From Candidatus Omnitrophota bacterium (GTDB lineage: Bacteria; Omnitrophota; Omnitrophia; Omnitrophales; Aquincolibacteriaceae), in contig JAUYMS010000035.1 in the NCBI GenBank assembly GCA_030698625.1, forward strand, positions 9,950 through 73,949: 64,000 nt of DNA. The letters run 5' to 3'. Shown here piece by piece: positions 39,701-50,001 of this stretch. Every line of letters starts with the position of its first letter. Within the stretch, counting starts at the first letter, position 1. The position numbers were made by a program, and so were the translations under genes. The notes beneath the pieces were generated by a model. That model was not told where the DNA came from. It saw only the letters and a list, made by a program, of their open reading frames with translations, and made no database searches.

Positions 39701-40712
39701 CGAATCGGACGCGAAAGTCTGGGACAGCTACGTAGCGCAGAATTCACATGCGACGAGCGATCACCTCTGGGGCTGGCGGAACGTTCTGTCGCGGGCGTTT
39801 GGTTTCCGGGAACAATATTATCTCGGAGCTATCGAGGATAACGCGCTCGTCGGAATTCTACCGCTGTACCGTGTGCCGTTGGGTTGGGGGAAGACGGCGC
39901 TGACTTCCATCCCTTACGGAAATTACGGAGGTATCTGCGCCGATTCCAAGGAGGCTACAAGCGCTCTTTATGCCAAGGCCCAGGAAATTATGGAAAACAC
40001 GCGAGGACAATACCTGGAACTCAAACACCGGAAATCGATCGAGACCGTTTCGCTGCAGGAACCGCGTCACAGCCACAGCCGCTTTTTTCTACCGCTGACG
40101 GACGGAACGGATTCTCTGTTCCGCCACATCGGGCAGAATAACCGGAGTAAAGTACGCCGCGCATCGAAGTGGGGACTCACAACTTTTTTTTCACGGGATG
40201 TCGACAGGTTTTATCCGATCTACTCCCACACCGCGCACAGACAGGGGACGCCGTGCTTCCCGAAGCGCTATTTCCAGGAGATCCTCAATAATTTTGGCGA
40301 CCAGTCTCAGATCTTCTTTGCCGCCATGGGTGAATTGCCGGTGGCTTGTTATCTCATGTTGTATTTCAAGGAACACATGGTGTGCCAGTTCAGCAGCTCT
40401 TATTCACACTCTTACAAGTACTATCCCAATGAGTTCATATTCTGGCGGGCCATTGAGGAAGGTTGCAAGATGGGGATGAGAGAACTGGATTTCTGCCGCA
40501 GCCGCGTCAGTTCCGGAACCGCGGACTTTAAACGTAAGCTGCACTATCACGAAGAGCAGCTTGATTATCAGTACTTTTTGCCCGACGGCCGGATTCTCGA
40601 GCCGCGCAGTCCGGCAAATTCTAAATATCGTCTAGCAATCGCCGCCTGGCAACGAATGCCTCATACGTTCGTGAATTTTCTCGGCCCCCGACTGGTGAGG
40701 TATTTCGCATGA
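39675..40712 (+). CDS. FemAB-like GNAT protein (XrtA/PEP-CTERM EPS-associated type)
   Basis: 'WD.YV....HL.GW', 'GILPL', 'S.PY.NYGG', 'GTP.FP..YF', 'DF.RS...SGT..FK', 'LGP.LVR'. Confidence 0.85.
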   Translation: MQVRLFQDNESDAKVWDSYVAQNSHATSDHLWGWRNVLSRAFGFREQYYLGAIEDNALVGILPLYRVPLGWGKTALTSIPYGNYGGICADSKEATSALYAKAQEIMENTRGQYLELKHRKSIETVSLQEPRHSHSRFFLPLTDGTDSLFRHIGQNNRSKVRRASKWGLTTFFSRDVDRFYPIYSHTAHRQGTPCFPKRYFQEILNNFGDQSQIFFAAMGELPVACYLMLYFKEHMVCQFSSSYSHSYKYYPNEFIFWRAIEEGCKMGMRELDFCRSRVSSGTADFKRKLHYHEEQLDYQYFLPDGRILEPRSPANSKYRLAIAAWQRMPHTFVNFLGPRLVRYFA

Positions 40713-41662
40713 GCGCCGTCCTTGACAGTCCGCTGCGAGCTGCGACTCGGTTTCCCGCATTTGTCAGGCCTGAGTTACTTCGCCGTTCGAGCAGCCCCAA
40801 AAATATTCTTACGATCGATGTCGAAGATTGGTTTCACGTCACAAACTTTGAATCGCAATTGCCCTTTTCCCGCTGGAACAAACTGGCCTCACGCATTCAA
40901 TATTCAATGCCGCGGCTCCTGGATCTTTTGGCAAAATACAGAGCGCACGCTACTTTCTTTACTTTGGGCTGGGTGGCACGGCGCTTTCCATCGCTGGTGA
41001 AGCGTATCGTTAGAGAGGGGCATGAAATTGCATCGCACGGAGAAAACCACCGGTTGGTCCGGGGACAACGCCCGCGCGAATTTCGAAATCAATTGGTTGC
41101 CTCACGGGATATCTTGGAACAGATTAGCGGAGAAGCCGTGAAGGGGCACCGGGCCCCGTCCTACTCATTGGATAGTTCGACCCTGTGGTCGGTGGGTATC
41201 CTTTTTGAGTCGGGTTTTGAGTACGACTCGAGTGTTTTTCCGTTCGGGTTTCGCCGCGATCCTGAGTGGTGCGATAAGCGTTTTCCTTGCCGTCTCGGTG
41301 ATGACGGTCTGGGTTCTATCGCTGAGTATCCGCTTTCAACCCTGCGACTTGCCGGCCGCAATCTCCCGGTCGCCGGCGGCGGTTACTTTCGATTTCTTCC
41401 CTATAGTTTTACGCGCTGGGCCGTCAAACAGTTGAATGAAGAGGGGCACAGCGCCGTCATGTATTTGCACCCGTGGGAGCTGGATCCCGGTCAACCGAGA
41501 GTCAGAAATGCCCCGTGGCTTTCCCGGTTTCGTCATTATCACAGACTGGAAAGTGCCGAGGCAAAATTCTCGCGACTCTTGGCGGATTTCCGGTTTCATT
41601 CCATTCGGGATGTCTACTGGTCACGCTGGACCGAGCGTTATGAAATCACTCCGCAGATTTAA
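40709..41662 (+). CDS. Polysaccharide deacetylase with DUF3473 (XrtA-system type)
   Basis: 'TIDVEDWFH', 'ATFF.LGW.A', 'GHEIASHG..H', 'RAPSYS', 'GGGYFR', 'YLHPWE.DP.QPR'. Confidence 0.92.
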   Translation: MSAVLDSPLRAATRFPAFVRPELLRRSSSPKNILTIDVEDWFHVTNFESQLPFSRWNKLASRIQYSMPRLLDLLAKYRAHATFFTLGWVARRFPSLVKRIVREGHEIASHGENHRLVRGQRPREFRNQLVASRDILEQISGEAVKGHRAPSYSLDSSTLWSVGILFESGFEYDSSVFPFGFRRDPEWCDKRFPCRLGDDGLGSIAEYPLSTLRLAGRNLPVAGGGYFRFLPYSFTRWAVKQLNEEGHSAVMYLHPWELDPGQPRVRNAPWLSRFRHYHRLESAEAKFSRLLADFRFHSIRDVYWSRWTERYEITPQI

Positions 41663-42917
41663 AAACAGCCGCGCCGTTATTTGCCTGACGCTTTTCTGTG
41701 CGGCGGCACAGCCATGGACCTATGCTTCCGTAGAAGGTCCTCTGAATGCCAAGGGCAGATCGCTCAATACCTCGGGAGGACAGACCTTTACCTCATTCGG
41801 CGGATCAATGACCGATATTTCCGAAACCGCACGTCTTTATGATGCGGGGATATGGCATCATCGGCCCGAGATTATTCAAACGCTGCTGCCGAGGGTTCGC
41901 GAGATCGGCGGGGGAATGCGGTTAGTCCTTATGTACCGCGATCAATTCATTGTTCTCGAAGACGAAGAATCACGGGAAAACAATGAATCCGTGGGGGGAT
42001 TTAACACGGCACCGGAATCCTGGTTTTTGCATGACGGCAAGGGAAAGCGAGTTCCCGTTCCTGACTATCACGAAGATTACTACGGAGAAAAGGGGCAACG
42101 CCGCTGGTTCATGGATCCGGGAAACGCCGACTTTCGGTCTTACTGGATCGATAAGACTCTCAAGCATGTGGACGAGGGGAATTGGGACGGTGTTTTTGTC
42201 GATGATGTGCTGTTGACGTTGACGGCACATCGGCTGGAACCCGGCCAGATTGCTACCTACAAAGACGACGCCTCCTTTCAACAGGCCGTCCTCGGTTTTT
42301 TGCGTGAGATCACGCGGCGCACCCGCGAGATTTACGGACGGGGCGAGGGCCGAAAAATCATCATCCCCAACATTTCGCTCAGTTACGATTACGATCCGGC
42401 AGTTCTGCGTGATTTCCTAAATGCGGCCGACGGATATATGGAAGAGCATCACGTGACGGCCTGGGCATGGGGGGAACATGCGGCACGCAGACAGATGGAG
42501 GCCCTTCGCCAAGCCCGTCATTTAGGCAAACATGTTTTCCTTCTTACCTATGCGGATCCAAGTTCCGGGGTTCCGAATCTGCTGGAGACAAGCCTTTCTG
42601 CCTATCTTGTTGCCCTGGCCGGATACCCAAACGCCTATTGGTCATTTCGTTCGGACGAATATGCGCCTTTCAATGAGCGCCCGGCGTTTGAGTTTTGGGC
42701 CGGCCGCGGGCTCGGTCAACCGCGCCCCGAAATCGAATTCTATAATGCCGAAGGCGTTCGTCTGGATTCGTCACAGGAGTCGGTGATCTGGTTACGCCGA
42801 TTCGACAACGGCATCGCTGTGGTGAACCTTACTGCGGCGAGACAGTCTCTCACCATAAACGGCGAATCCCTGCAGCTCAAACCCTTTCAAGGCAAGCTCA
42901 AGGCAGCGTCCGTCTAA
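41640..42917 (+). CDS. Secreted putative glycoside hydrolase (TIM-barrel, GHL15-like)
   Basis: Signal peptide; 'ESWFLHD..G.R', 'MDPG...R.YW', 'WDGVFVD', 'DG.MEE', 'R.F.NG..VVN'. Confidence 0.65.
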   Translation: MKSLRRFKNSRAVICLTLFCAAAQPWTYASVEGPLNAKGRSLNTSGGQTFTSFGGSMTDISETARLYDAGIWHHRPEIIQTLLPRVREIGGGMRLVLMYRDQFIVLEDEESRENNESVGGFNTAPESWFLHDGKGKRVPVPDYHEDYYGEKGQRRWFMDPGNADFRSYWIDKTLKHVDEGNWDGVFVDDVLLTLTAHRLEPGQIATYKDDASFQQAVLGFLREITRRTREIYGRGEGRKIIIPNISLSYDYDPAVLRDFLNAADGYMEEHHVTAWAWGEHAARRQMEALRQARHLGKHVFLLTYADPSSGVPNLLETSLSAYLVALAGYPNAYWSFRSDEYAPFNERPAFEFWAGRGLGQPRPEIEFYNAEGVRLDSSQESVIWLRRFDNGIAVVNLTAARQSLTINGESLQLKPFQGKLKAASV

Positions 42918-42957
42918 GACTTTTCTTTTTCGGTTCCTATCTGCTATATTCTGACTA

Positions 42958-43827
42958 ATGAGATTCATTCCATTTATTACGATTGTGAGTTTCCTCGCGG
43001 GTGCATCCGGTGCCGTGTCGGCGGCTGATGCCGAGTGGATGGATCTATACACAGAGTCCATGGGCTTGTATCAAAACGGGTCAGTGTCCGCAGCGGCTAG
43101 CTTGGCGGAAAAGGCTTTGCGCTCGGCGAACCGGAGCGGGCAGGATGCGACGCCTGTCATGGCTTTTCTCGGGCAGGTCTATATCAGCTTGGGCAGGTTG
43201 GATGAGGCCGAGCGCATTCTGGATCGCGTTGTAGGTTTGCACGAGGGCCGCTCAGAAACAGAGGAGCTCGGTGTCAGTCTCGAACGATTGGCAAGTCTTT
43301 ACTATGCTCAAGATCTGTTTACGAAGTCGGAAGATTACCGGAAGAAGTCCCTTGCCGTTTACGAAAACGTTCTGGGCGCAAACCATCCTCATGTGGCGAC
43401 CGCACTTAATAACCTCGCGTATTATTACACGACACGCGGCAGACTCGATGAAGCCGAACCCATGTTCTTGAGGGCTCTTATCATACGTGAAGGGGTGTAT
43501 GGCGAAGATCACCCGAAGGTTTCCGTCGTTCTCAATAATCTGGGCCTTCTCTATATTAAGCAGAAAAGGTACGAAGAAGCCGAAGGGCATTTGTTGCGGG
43601 CGATAGAAATCAAGGAAGCCGCCTTTGGCCCGAATCACTCGGAGTTGGCGACGCCGCTCAATAATATCGGGGATCTTTACTATGAGTCCCGCGGATGCGG
43701 TGAGGCCCTGCCCCTCTATCAGAGGGCCTATGCCATTCTCTCCAATCTTAATGATGAGACCCATCCTTATATGACGATCCTGGAGAATAAGATTGTGGGG
43801 ATGTGCAAAGCGTCAATCGGAGGATAG
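42958..43827 (+). CDS. Secreted TPR protein (kinesin-light-chain-like 42-aa repeats)
   Basis: Repeats of 'G..HP.VA..LNNLA..Y...G...EAE...RAL.I.E'. Confidence 0.9.
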   Translation: MRFIPFITIVSFLAGASGAVSAADAEWMDLYTESMGLYQNGSVSAAASLAEKALRSANRSGQDATPVMAFLGQVYISLGRLDEAERILDRVVGLHEGRSETEELGVSLERLASLYYAQDLFTKSEDYRKKSLAVYENVLGANHPHVATALNNLAYYYTTRGRLDEAEPMFLRALIIREGVYGEDHPKVSVVLNNLGLLYIKQKRYEEAEGHLLRAIEIKEAAFGPNHSELATPLNNIGDLYYESRGCGEALPLYQRAYAILSNLNDETHPYMTILENKIVGMCKASIGG

Positions 43828-44547
43828 ATGAGTCGTTTTTTGATTCTGTTAGCGGTTACCGTCTTTATGATAGAAGGGACAGGTTGTGCGACTAAACCGG
43901 TCGCTGATGCGGGTTTTGTGGATTCTTCTAAATTGCAGATGGCAGGGGACGTCATTCCCTTCCAAAAGGCATGGACCAAACCGGGATACGACCCGAAGAA
44001 ATACACCGAAGTTTATATCGTGCCCGTCAACATTGACTATCTCTTCGAAAACAGTTCCTGGAAAAATCTGCCCCGTGGAAATCTTATTAGAAAGGATGCC
44101 GGGGAATTGGCAACGTACATGCATGGGACCTTTATCGAGACGCTGCGCAAGGACCCGAATCATCGTTTGAAAGTCGTCACTCTGCCGACCAAGAATACCG
44201 TCATTCTCGAACTCGCGATCACGGAACTCGTGCCGAACAAGATCGCTCTTAAAACGGCCGGCCTCACGTCTTTGGCCCGTGTCGGCCGCAAGGCCCTGGC
44301 GCTCGGCAATGAGAGCAGCATCGCTTTCGAGGCCCGTTTCCGTGATTACGAAACTTGGGAAGTGGTTGCGCTCATTACCGACCGCGAAAAGGCCAAACTC
44401 AATATTGTGAACATCAAGAACTTTACCTGGTACGCCCATGTCCGCAGTATTATCGACGAGTGGGCCGAGCAGCTCGTCGATGTCCTCAATAAGACCCCCG
44501 AATCGACCGTCCGCGACTCCCGGAAATTTGAAATAAAACCCTGGTAA
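43828..44547 (+). CDS. DUF3313-like lipoprotein
   Basis: Lipobox 'GTGC'; 'ELAITELVP', 'AFEARFRD', 'W....IIDEWA'. Confidence 0.7.
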   Translation: MSRFLILLAVTVFMIEGTGCATKPVADAGFVDSSKLQMAGDVIPFQKAWTKPGYDPKKYTEVYIVPVNIDYLFENSSWKNLPRGNLIRKDAGELATYMHGTFIETLRKDPNHRLKVVTLPTKNTVILELAITELVPNKIALKTAGLTSLARVGRKALALGNESSIAFEARFRDYETWEVVALITDREKAKLNIVNIKNFTWYAHVRSIIDEWAEQLVDVLNKTPESTVRDSRKFEIKPW

Positions 44548-44593
44548 ACAGCGCCGCTTGCCTAGGTTACGGGCTAGGCGGTATAATGCGCGC

Positions 44594-44791
44594 ATGGGTG
44601 AAATCCTGCAAAACCTGGCGATGACCGTCTTCCTGCTGCCCCTGAGCATGTTGTTGGTATGGATCTTCATGAAAATTACCGGACCCTATGACCGCAAGTT
44701 CTACTGGGGTGTGGTTGCCGCGAGCTATGCCGTTTTACTCTTTATTTGTTGGGGAGTTGAAACGGGATATCTTTATAAGATGGTGCACTGA
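44594..44791 (+). CDS. Small two-TM membrane protein
   Basis: 65-aa hydrophobic ORF with TATAAT 6 nt before the ATG. Confidence 0.55.
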   Translation: MGEILQNLAMTVFLLPLSMLLVWIFMKITGPYDRKFYWGVVAASYAVLLFICWGVETGYLYKMVH

Positions 44792-44799
44792 CCGTCCTC

Positions 44800-46149
44800 A
44801 TGACCGCCGCCGCCGATCTTCTCATACCGCGCTTGGGCCCGCCCAAAGTGGCTTCTCCGTTAAGAAAATTCTTTCCCGGCGGCGCGGACGCGTCGCATTT
44901 CGTGGCCGAGGATGCGGGGATTGTCTTTGATGTGTCGGCCGCGGATGCTGACGCATGTGCCGAGCGGGGTTGCTCGATCCCGGCCCTCGAAAAAGCCGGT
45001 CCGCGTTCACAAATATTCTTTGATCCGGAAGAAACCTCGGCCGCAATCGTGACCTGCGGCGGGCTATGTCCCGGCATTAACGATGTCATTCGCTCACTTG
45101 TCATGACATTGACCTACCGTTACGGAGTCAGAAGGATTCTCGGTATTCGCTACGGGTATCAGGGTTTTATTCGGGAATTCGGCCATGAACCTGTCACGCT
45201 GAAGCCCGATGACGTTGCCGACATTCACAGGGCGGGCGGTTCGATCCTCGGCACTTCGCGGGGCCGGCAAGATTCGGGTCTCATCGTGGACTTTCTCAAT
45301 TCGAATAAGATTAATCTTCTGTTTGTCATTGGCGGGGACGGCACCCAGCGCGGGGCTCTGGAAATTGCCGAGACCGCTGAAAAACGGAAACTCAATATCA
45401 GTGTGATTGGCATTCCGAAGACCGTCGACAATGATATTCTCTATCTGGATAAATCCTTCGGTTTTGATACGGCCGTGGCCGAGGCCGTCAAGGCAATCTC
45501 AACGGCGCATACGGAGGCGCGCGCACAGGTGGGGGGCATCGGCCTTGTGAAATTCATGGGGCGGCACTCGGGTTTTATTGCATCCTATGCGGCGCTGGCC
45601 ATGAATGACGCGAATTTCGTGTTGATTCCGGAAATTCCCTTTGAACTCGAGGGCCCGAAAGGTTTGCTTGCGGCGCTCGAAACGCGGTTACGCAGTAGGG
45701 GCCATGCCGTCATTTTGGTGGCGGAGGGTGCAGGACAGGATTTGATACGCCAAGAGGTCCAGGGTAAAGATGCTTCCGGAAATATCTTGTTCAATGATAT
45801 CGGGCTGTTTCTTAGAGAATGTATTACGGCCCATTTCTCCGGCATCGGAATGGAAATCAATCTCAAATACATCGACCCCAGCTATTTGTTGCGGGCGCTT
45901 CCGGCGTCGGCCCCGGACAGCGTCTATTGCTTCCGGCTCGGCCAGCATGCCGCACATGCGGCCATGAGCGGCCGGACTAAAATGGTGGTCGGTATGCGTC
46001 ACCGACAGTATGTGCACATTCCTATGTCCCTTATCGCCAAGGGACGAAAACAAGTCGATCCTCATAGCGACATTTGGGTCTCAGTCCTGGAAGCGACGGG
46101 CCAGCCGGCAGAGATGAGATCGCATGCGACAAAGGATTCCAAACGATGA
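44800..46149 (+). CDS. pfkA: ATP-dependent 6-phosphofructokinase (plant/group X type)
   Basis: 'AGPR..I.F', 'TCGGLCPG.NDVIR', 'GGDGT', 'PKTVDND', 'MGRHSG', 'YIDPSY..R'. Confidence 0.95.
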   Translation: MTAAADLLIPRLGPPKVASPLRKFFPGGADASHFVAEDAGIVFDVSAADADACAERGCSIPALEKAGPRSQIFFDPEETSAAIVTCGGLCPGINDVIRSLVMTLTYRYGVRRILGIRYGYQGFIREFGHEPVTLKPDDVADIHRAGGSILGTSRGRQDSGLIVDFLNSNKINLLFVIGGDGTQRGALEIAETAEKRKLNISVIGIPKTVDNDILYLDKSFGFDTAVAEAVKAISTAHTEARAQVGGIGLVKFMGRHSGFIASYAALAMNDANFVLIPEIPFELEGPKGLLAALETRLRSRGHAVILVAEGAGQDLIRQEVQGKDASGNILFNDIGLFLRECITAHFSGIGMEINLKYIDPSYLLRALPASAPDSVYCFRLGQHAAHAAMSGRTKMVVGMRHRQYVHIPMSLIAKGRKQVDPHSDIWVSVLEATGQPAEMRSHATKDSKR

Positions 46150-46160
46150 AAGGGGTTTCC

Positions 46161-46865
46161 ATGAAAGCATTTTTGCCATTGGGTTCTTGGGGCCTCGTGG
46201 GTCTGATCCTTATTGTGTCGACGGGATGTTCAACCATGTACGGTCGTCAGAATGACGAGCCCGATATTTTCTTTGATGCCAATGTCCTCGCAGTCACGGT
46301 CTCGTGTTCGGGTAAGACGATCGAAACGCCGGGCAATATTGCGTTACGCCAAAGTCAGACGCATCGGTGCCAAGCGTCCAAAGAAGGTTTTGCCACTCAG
46401 ACTCTTCGCGTGCCGTCGGTGATCTCGAAGCAGGGATTTCGGCACTCCACCGAAATGAACTGGGCCAAATGGGGCAAATGGACCCTGGGAATCGGCAATC
46501 TCATCGGTTGGACGGTTGATTTTGTCTCGGGTGCCATGCGAAGTCCGGAAAAGGACCGCTATGTTGTGATGATGAAACCCGCCTCTGAGGCAGGTCCGGC
46601 CCAGAAGGCGCTCAGTAAGACGGTGGAGGTAACGAAGACGCTGGTTATGATGCCGGGGCAGGTAGTCGATGAGGCATCTACGGTGGTCCTGGATAAAACC
46701 GTGCGTACCGGCTCCGAAGGGGTGGGGATTGCCGGAGAAGACAATCGAGCTCATGCAGAGGCCGTCAGCGAGGGCCAGAAAATCGTCAAATATTACGAGG
46801 AAGAGTCCCCCGGCGTACCCGAACCCCTGTTGGCCGAGGCCCTGGCACCTACCCAGAAAACCTAG
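46161..46865 (+). CDS. Hypothetical lipoprotein (PEGA-like N-domain)
   Basis: Lipobox 'STGC', 'TPG', 'SKEGF', 'G..VDF.SGA'. Confidence 0.6.
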   Translation: MKAFLPLGSWGLVGLILIVSTGCSTMYGRQNDEPDIFFDANVLAVTVSCSGKTIETPGNIALRQSQTHRCQASKEGFATQTLRVPSVISKQGFRHSTEMNWAKWGKWTLGIGNLIGWTVDFVSGAMRSPEKDRYVVMMKPASEAGPAQKALSKTVEVTKTLVMMPGQVVDEASTVVLDKTVRTGSEGVGIAGEDNRAHAEAVSEGQKIVKYYEEESPGVPEPLLAEALAPTQKT

Positions 46866-46984
46866 GAATTTGGGGCTTGCCTGGTTGGGAGCGATTTTGA
46901 TATAATCCATGTCTGCTTAGGAGTCCAACGCAGGCGATCCTTTTGAGCATCCCAAAATCACTTTCTTAGAGGAGAGTTATCTCC

Positions 46985-47824
46985 ATGCAAGAAGAAATGA
47001 CAGCCCTTCAGAAATTCATTGATACGGCAGTGGAATTTATCGCTAATTACAGCTTCCAAGTGGTTGGCGCGATTATCGTTCTTATTATCGGTTCTCTTAT
47101 CGCCAATTGGGTGGCGAAGCTTCTGCTTGCGGTTTTCGAGAAAAAGAAGCTGGATATTACGCTCTCAAAGTTTCTGACCGGAATCGTTAAGATCCTCATT
47201 CTCGCCTTTGCGATCCTGATCGCCTTGGGTAAGTTTGGGATTACCATTGCGCCCTTTATCGCATTGGTGGGTGCCCTAGCCTTTGGTGCGAGTTTTGCGA
47301 TTCAGGGTCCGCTATCAAATTACGGTGCCGGGCTCTCCATTATCATGTCCCGTCCCTTTGTGGTGGGAGATACGGTTACCGTTGCGGGCGTGAGCGGGGT
47401 CGTACAAGAGGTCAAGCTGGCCTGCACGATTCTTACCAACGAGGATGGTGTTAAGATTACCATCCCGAACAAACACATCGTCGGTGAGATCCTGCAGAAC
47501 TCGAAGGACAATAAGATTGTTGAGGCAGTGATCGGCATCAGCTACGAAAGTAATCCCGACGAGGCTATTCGGGCCGTCAGTGAAACGCTTAACCGGTTTT
47601 CGGATGTCGCAAAGACGCCGCCGGCTCAGATTGGTATTCAGGAATTTGCCGATTCCTCAGTCAATATTTCCTACCGCTATTGGGTTCCCACAGTAAAATT
47701 TTTTCAGACCTCATACGCCGTCAATTTGGCGGTCTATAAAGCCCTGCAGTCTAGCGGAATCAATATTCCGTTTCCGCAGCGCGATGTACACATCGTTTCA
47801 CAGCCGTCCGGTGTGGGTTCTTAA
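46985..47824 (+). CDS. mscS: Small-conductance mechanosensitive channel
   Basis: 'A.QG.LSN..AG..I...RPF.VGD', 'IPN', 'FADSSVN', 'GINIPFPQRDV'. Confidence 0.94.
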   Translation: MQEEMTALQKFIDTAVEFIANYSFQVVGAIIVLIIGSLIANWVAKLLLAVFEKKKLDITLSKFLTGIVKILILAFAILIALGKFGITIAPFIALVGALAFGASFAIQGPLSNYGAGLSIIMSRPFVVGDTVTVAGVSGVVQEVKLACTILTNEDGVKITIPNKHIVGEILQNSKDNKIVEAVIGISYESNPDEAIRAVSETLNRFSDVAKTPPAQIGIQEFADSSVNISYRYWVPTVKFFQTSYAVNLAVYKALQSSGINIPFPQRDVHIVSQPSGVGS

Positions 47825-47860
47825 GCGGTACGGACATCTAGAGAAAGAAAGGATATTTCC

Positions 47861-48616
47861 ATGTTGAAATTCTTGACGGGTTTAATTGTTTTGGGTGTCG
47901 TTGTTTTTGCCGGCATTAACATTGCAGGTAACTTCGCTCTTGCCAAGGTGCTTGAAGGGGTTTTAGGCGTTGAGGTCGACGTAAGGAAGGTCCAACTGGG
48001 CCTTTTTACGCAGCAGGCCAGTGTCTACGGACTGAAGATCCACAACCCTGAAGGATTCAGTGAAGAGACGCTTGCATCAGTGCCCGAGATTTCTGTGCAG
48101 TATGACCTCTCAGGCCTCCTCAAAGGTACGATTCACTTGACGGAAATCCGTTTGAATTTCGACGAGATCACGGTGGAAAGGAATGCCGCCGGAAAATTCA
48201 ACCTCACTGAACTCGACGCCATGAAGAAGCCACCGAAAAAAGCATCCGGAGAAGCCCCTCCCGCGGAGGGACTGCCTCAGCCGGAGAAAAAGCCGGGTAA
48301 AGCACCGGCCATTGACGTTGTGATCGACGAGGTGCGTTTAAGTTTGGGGCGCGCCCGCTATGTGGATACCGGCAAGGAAGATCCGACGGTTAGGGAGTTT
48401 TCGCTTGAGATTCAAGACGAGATCTTGAAGGATGTCACCGACCCGCAAGCGCTGGTTCAGCAGGTCGTGGTCAAAACAATGCAGCGCGTAGGAATGAATG
48501 CGCTCATGCCGGATATGGGTCAGTTCTCAGCCGCCTTTAAAGGCGAGGCCGCCGGAAAAATCAATGCCTTTGCTGAAAAGATGAGATCATCGATAAGCAG
48601 TAAGGTAACCAGTTAG
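47861..48616 (+). CDS. AsmA-family protein
   Basis: N-terminal TM; 'L.I.NP.GF', 'I.L.EI.L....I.VE.N..G..NL'. Confidence 0.75.
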   Translation: MLKFLTGLIVLGVVVFAGINIAGNFALAKVLEGVLGVEVDVRKVQLGLFTQQASVYGLKIHNPEGFSEETLASVPEISVQYDLSGLLKGTIHLTEIRLNFDEITVERNAAGKFNLTELDAMKKPPKKASGEAPPAEGLPQPEKKPGKAPAIDVVIDEVRLSLGRARYVDTGKEDPTVREFSLEIQDEILKDVTDPQALVQQVVVKTMQRVGMNALMPDMGQFSAAFKGEAAGKINAFAEKMRSSISSKVTS

Positions 48617-48649
48617 TCTTAGTTCTAAAACCAAAAAAGGAGAATCAAA

Positions 48650-49024
48650 ATGAAAAAATTGCATTTTTTGTGGCTCTTGCCCGTCGTCATGATGGTTGTT
48701 ACCGGCTGCGGCAAGCAGGCCGATCCGAACAAGCCCATCGACCAGATCAAGCAGGAAGTGGAAGGCATGTCGGTCAGCCAGCTCCAGAGCCAGGCGCAGG
48801 CATATGCCAAGGAAATTCAGAAGAAGGGCAGCGATATGTCGCAGGTTCAAGAGAAGCTCAAGAGTCTCTCCCCGAAGGATCTGCTCGGCGAAAAGGCCAA
48901 GGGTATCAAGGACGAAGTCTCCAAGATCGGTTCCGAGGTCAAGGCCCTTACGCAGCGATACAATATCTACGCCGATCAGTTCAAGCAGGCCGGCGGAGAT
49001 ATTTCCAAGATTCAAATTGCCTAG
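48650..49024 (+). CDS. Small coiled-coil lipoprotein
   Basis: AAGGAG RBS, lipobox 'VTGC', terminator downstream. Confidence 0.8.
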   Translation: MKKLHFLWLLPVVMMVVTGCGKQADPNKPIDQIKQEVEGMSVSQLQSQAQAYAKEIQKKGSDMSQVQEKLKSLSPKDLLGEKAKGIKDEVSKIGSEVKALTQRYNIYADQFKQAGGDISKIQIA

Positions 49025-49057
49025 ATTGTTGTATCTCTAGCAATATTAGTCATTTAG

Positions 49058-49094
49058 AAAAAGGCAGCTTCGGTTTCGGAGCTGCCTTTTTTTT
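49058..49094 (+). terminator. Rho-independent terminator
   Basis: AAAAAGGCAGCTTCG-GTTT-CGGAGCTGCC followed by a T8 tract. Confidence 0.9.
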
Positions 49095-49215
49095 GCCCTC
49101 AAATTACAGCAACATCGCCTAAGCCTGAATCATAGGCTATACTTCTCACAACACGCCTTTTAGTAATACCTATTTCCTCAGCTGTATGCGAACAAAAAGG
49201 AAAGGAAGGAAAAAA

Positions 49216-49995
49216 GTGCATAAGCGTTTGATGAATTGCCTCTTCGTGTTGGTTTGTGGGTCCCTGTTGTCGGCGGTTCCTCCCGAAGTTTGCGCGGATC
49301 AGCCCGTGACCGATGCTCAGGAGGTTCGCGCCCTTGCCGCTGAGTACGACCTGCTCACCCCTTCCGACTATGCCTATTATTTTGCCGATAAGGACATCCA
49401 TTACTGGGCCGAGAAGGCAATGACTGAGAGCGAGTTACGGATTCGGTTTCAAGCCAGACAGCAAGTTCGTCAATTCGCCGAAGAGGCCGGGTATAAAGCG
49501 TCGTCAAGCCGCGGCGAGTTGACGGCTGGGGTCCTGAGTTACTGGGCTGAACGGCTCGTGGCGGGTGAAGATCCGCGCCAGATCGCTTTCGAATTCAAGG
49601 AGCTCGCAGAATTGCAGAACCAACTTATTAAGCAGACACTTACGCGCGCCGCACGCGTGGACATTATCCAGAGCCTCGAACAGATCGAGACATTGGCCGC
49701 CGAATACGGCTTTTTTGATACGAACCCCTATGCGTGGACCTTTCAAGAAGGAGATATCATTTGGTATCTATATCAGGGCATGACAGAAGAAGAGTTGCGC
49801 CGTGATTTTGCCGCCAAGTCTAAAGTCCGGGAGCTAGCCATGAAAACGGGATTCCGCGTTGCAAAACCGGCAGGCGACCTGACGTCGGGGGATCTGAGCT
49901 ATTGGGCCGAATTCTTGATTAACGACACCATGAACCTCGACCAGATGGAAACTTATTTCAAGGCCAAAGGCAATACACAGTCCTCAGAGAGTTAA
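49216..49995 (+). CDS. Secreted hypothetical protein with two internal repeats
   Basis: Signal peptide; 'LAAEY..D..Y..MTE.ELR..F.A...VR..A...G...G.LT.G.LSYWAE.L' occurs twice. Confidence 0.7.
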   Translation: MHKRLMNCLFVLVCGSLLSAVPPEVCADQPVTDAQEVRALAAEYDLLTPSDYAYYFADKDIHYWAEKAMTESELRIRFQARQQVRQFAEEAGYKASSSRGELTAGVLSYWAERLVAGEDPRQIAFEFKELAELQNQLIKQTLTRAARVDIIQSLEQIETLAAEYGFFDTNPYAWTFQEGDIIWYLYQGMTEEELRRDFAAKSKVRELAMKTGFRVAKPAGDLTSGDLSYWAEFLINDTMNLDQMETYFKAKGNTQSSES

Positions 49996-50001
49996 ATCGC
50001 A

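Noticed and set aside
29467-42917. Calling the EPS locus a complete PEP-CTERM/exosortase system
   Set aside because: No exosortase, PrsK/PrsR or PEP-CTERM tail is visible in the window
43849-44670. 273-aa minus-strand ORF
   Set aside because: Antisense to the DUF3313-like lipoprotein, with no recognisable motifs
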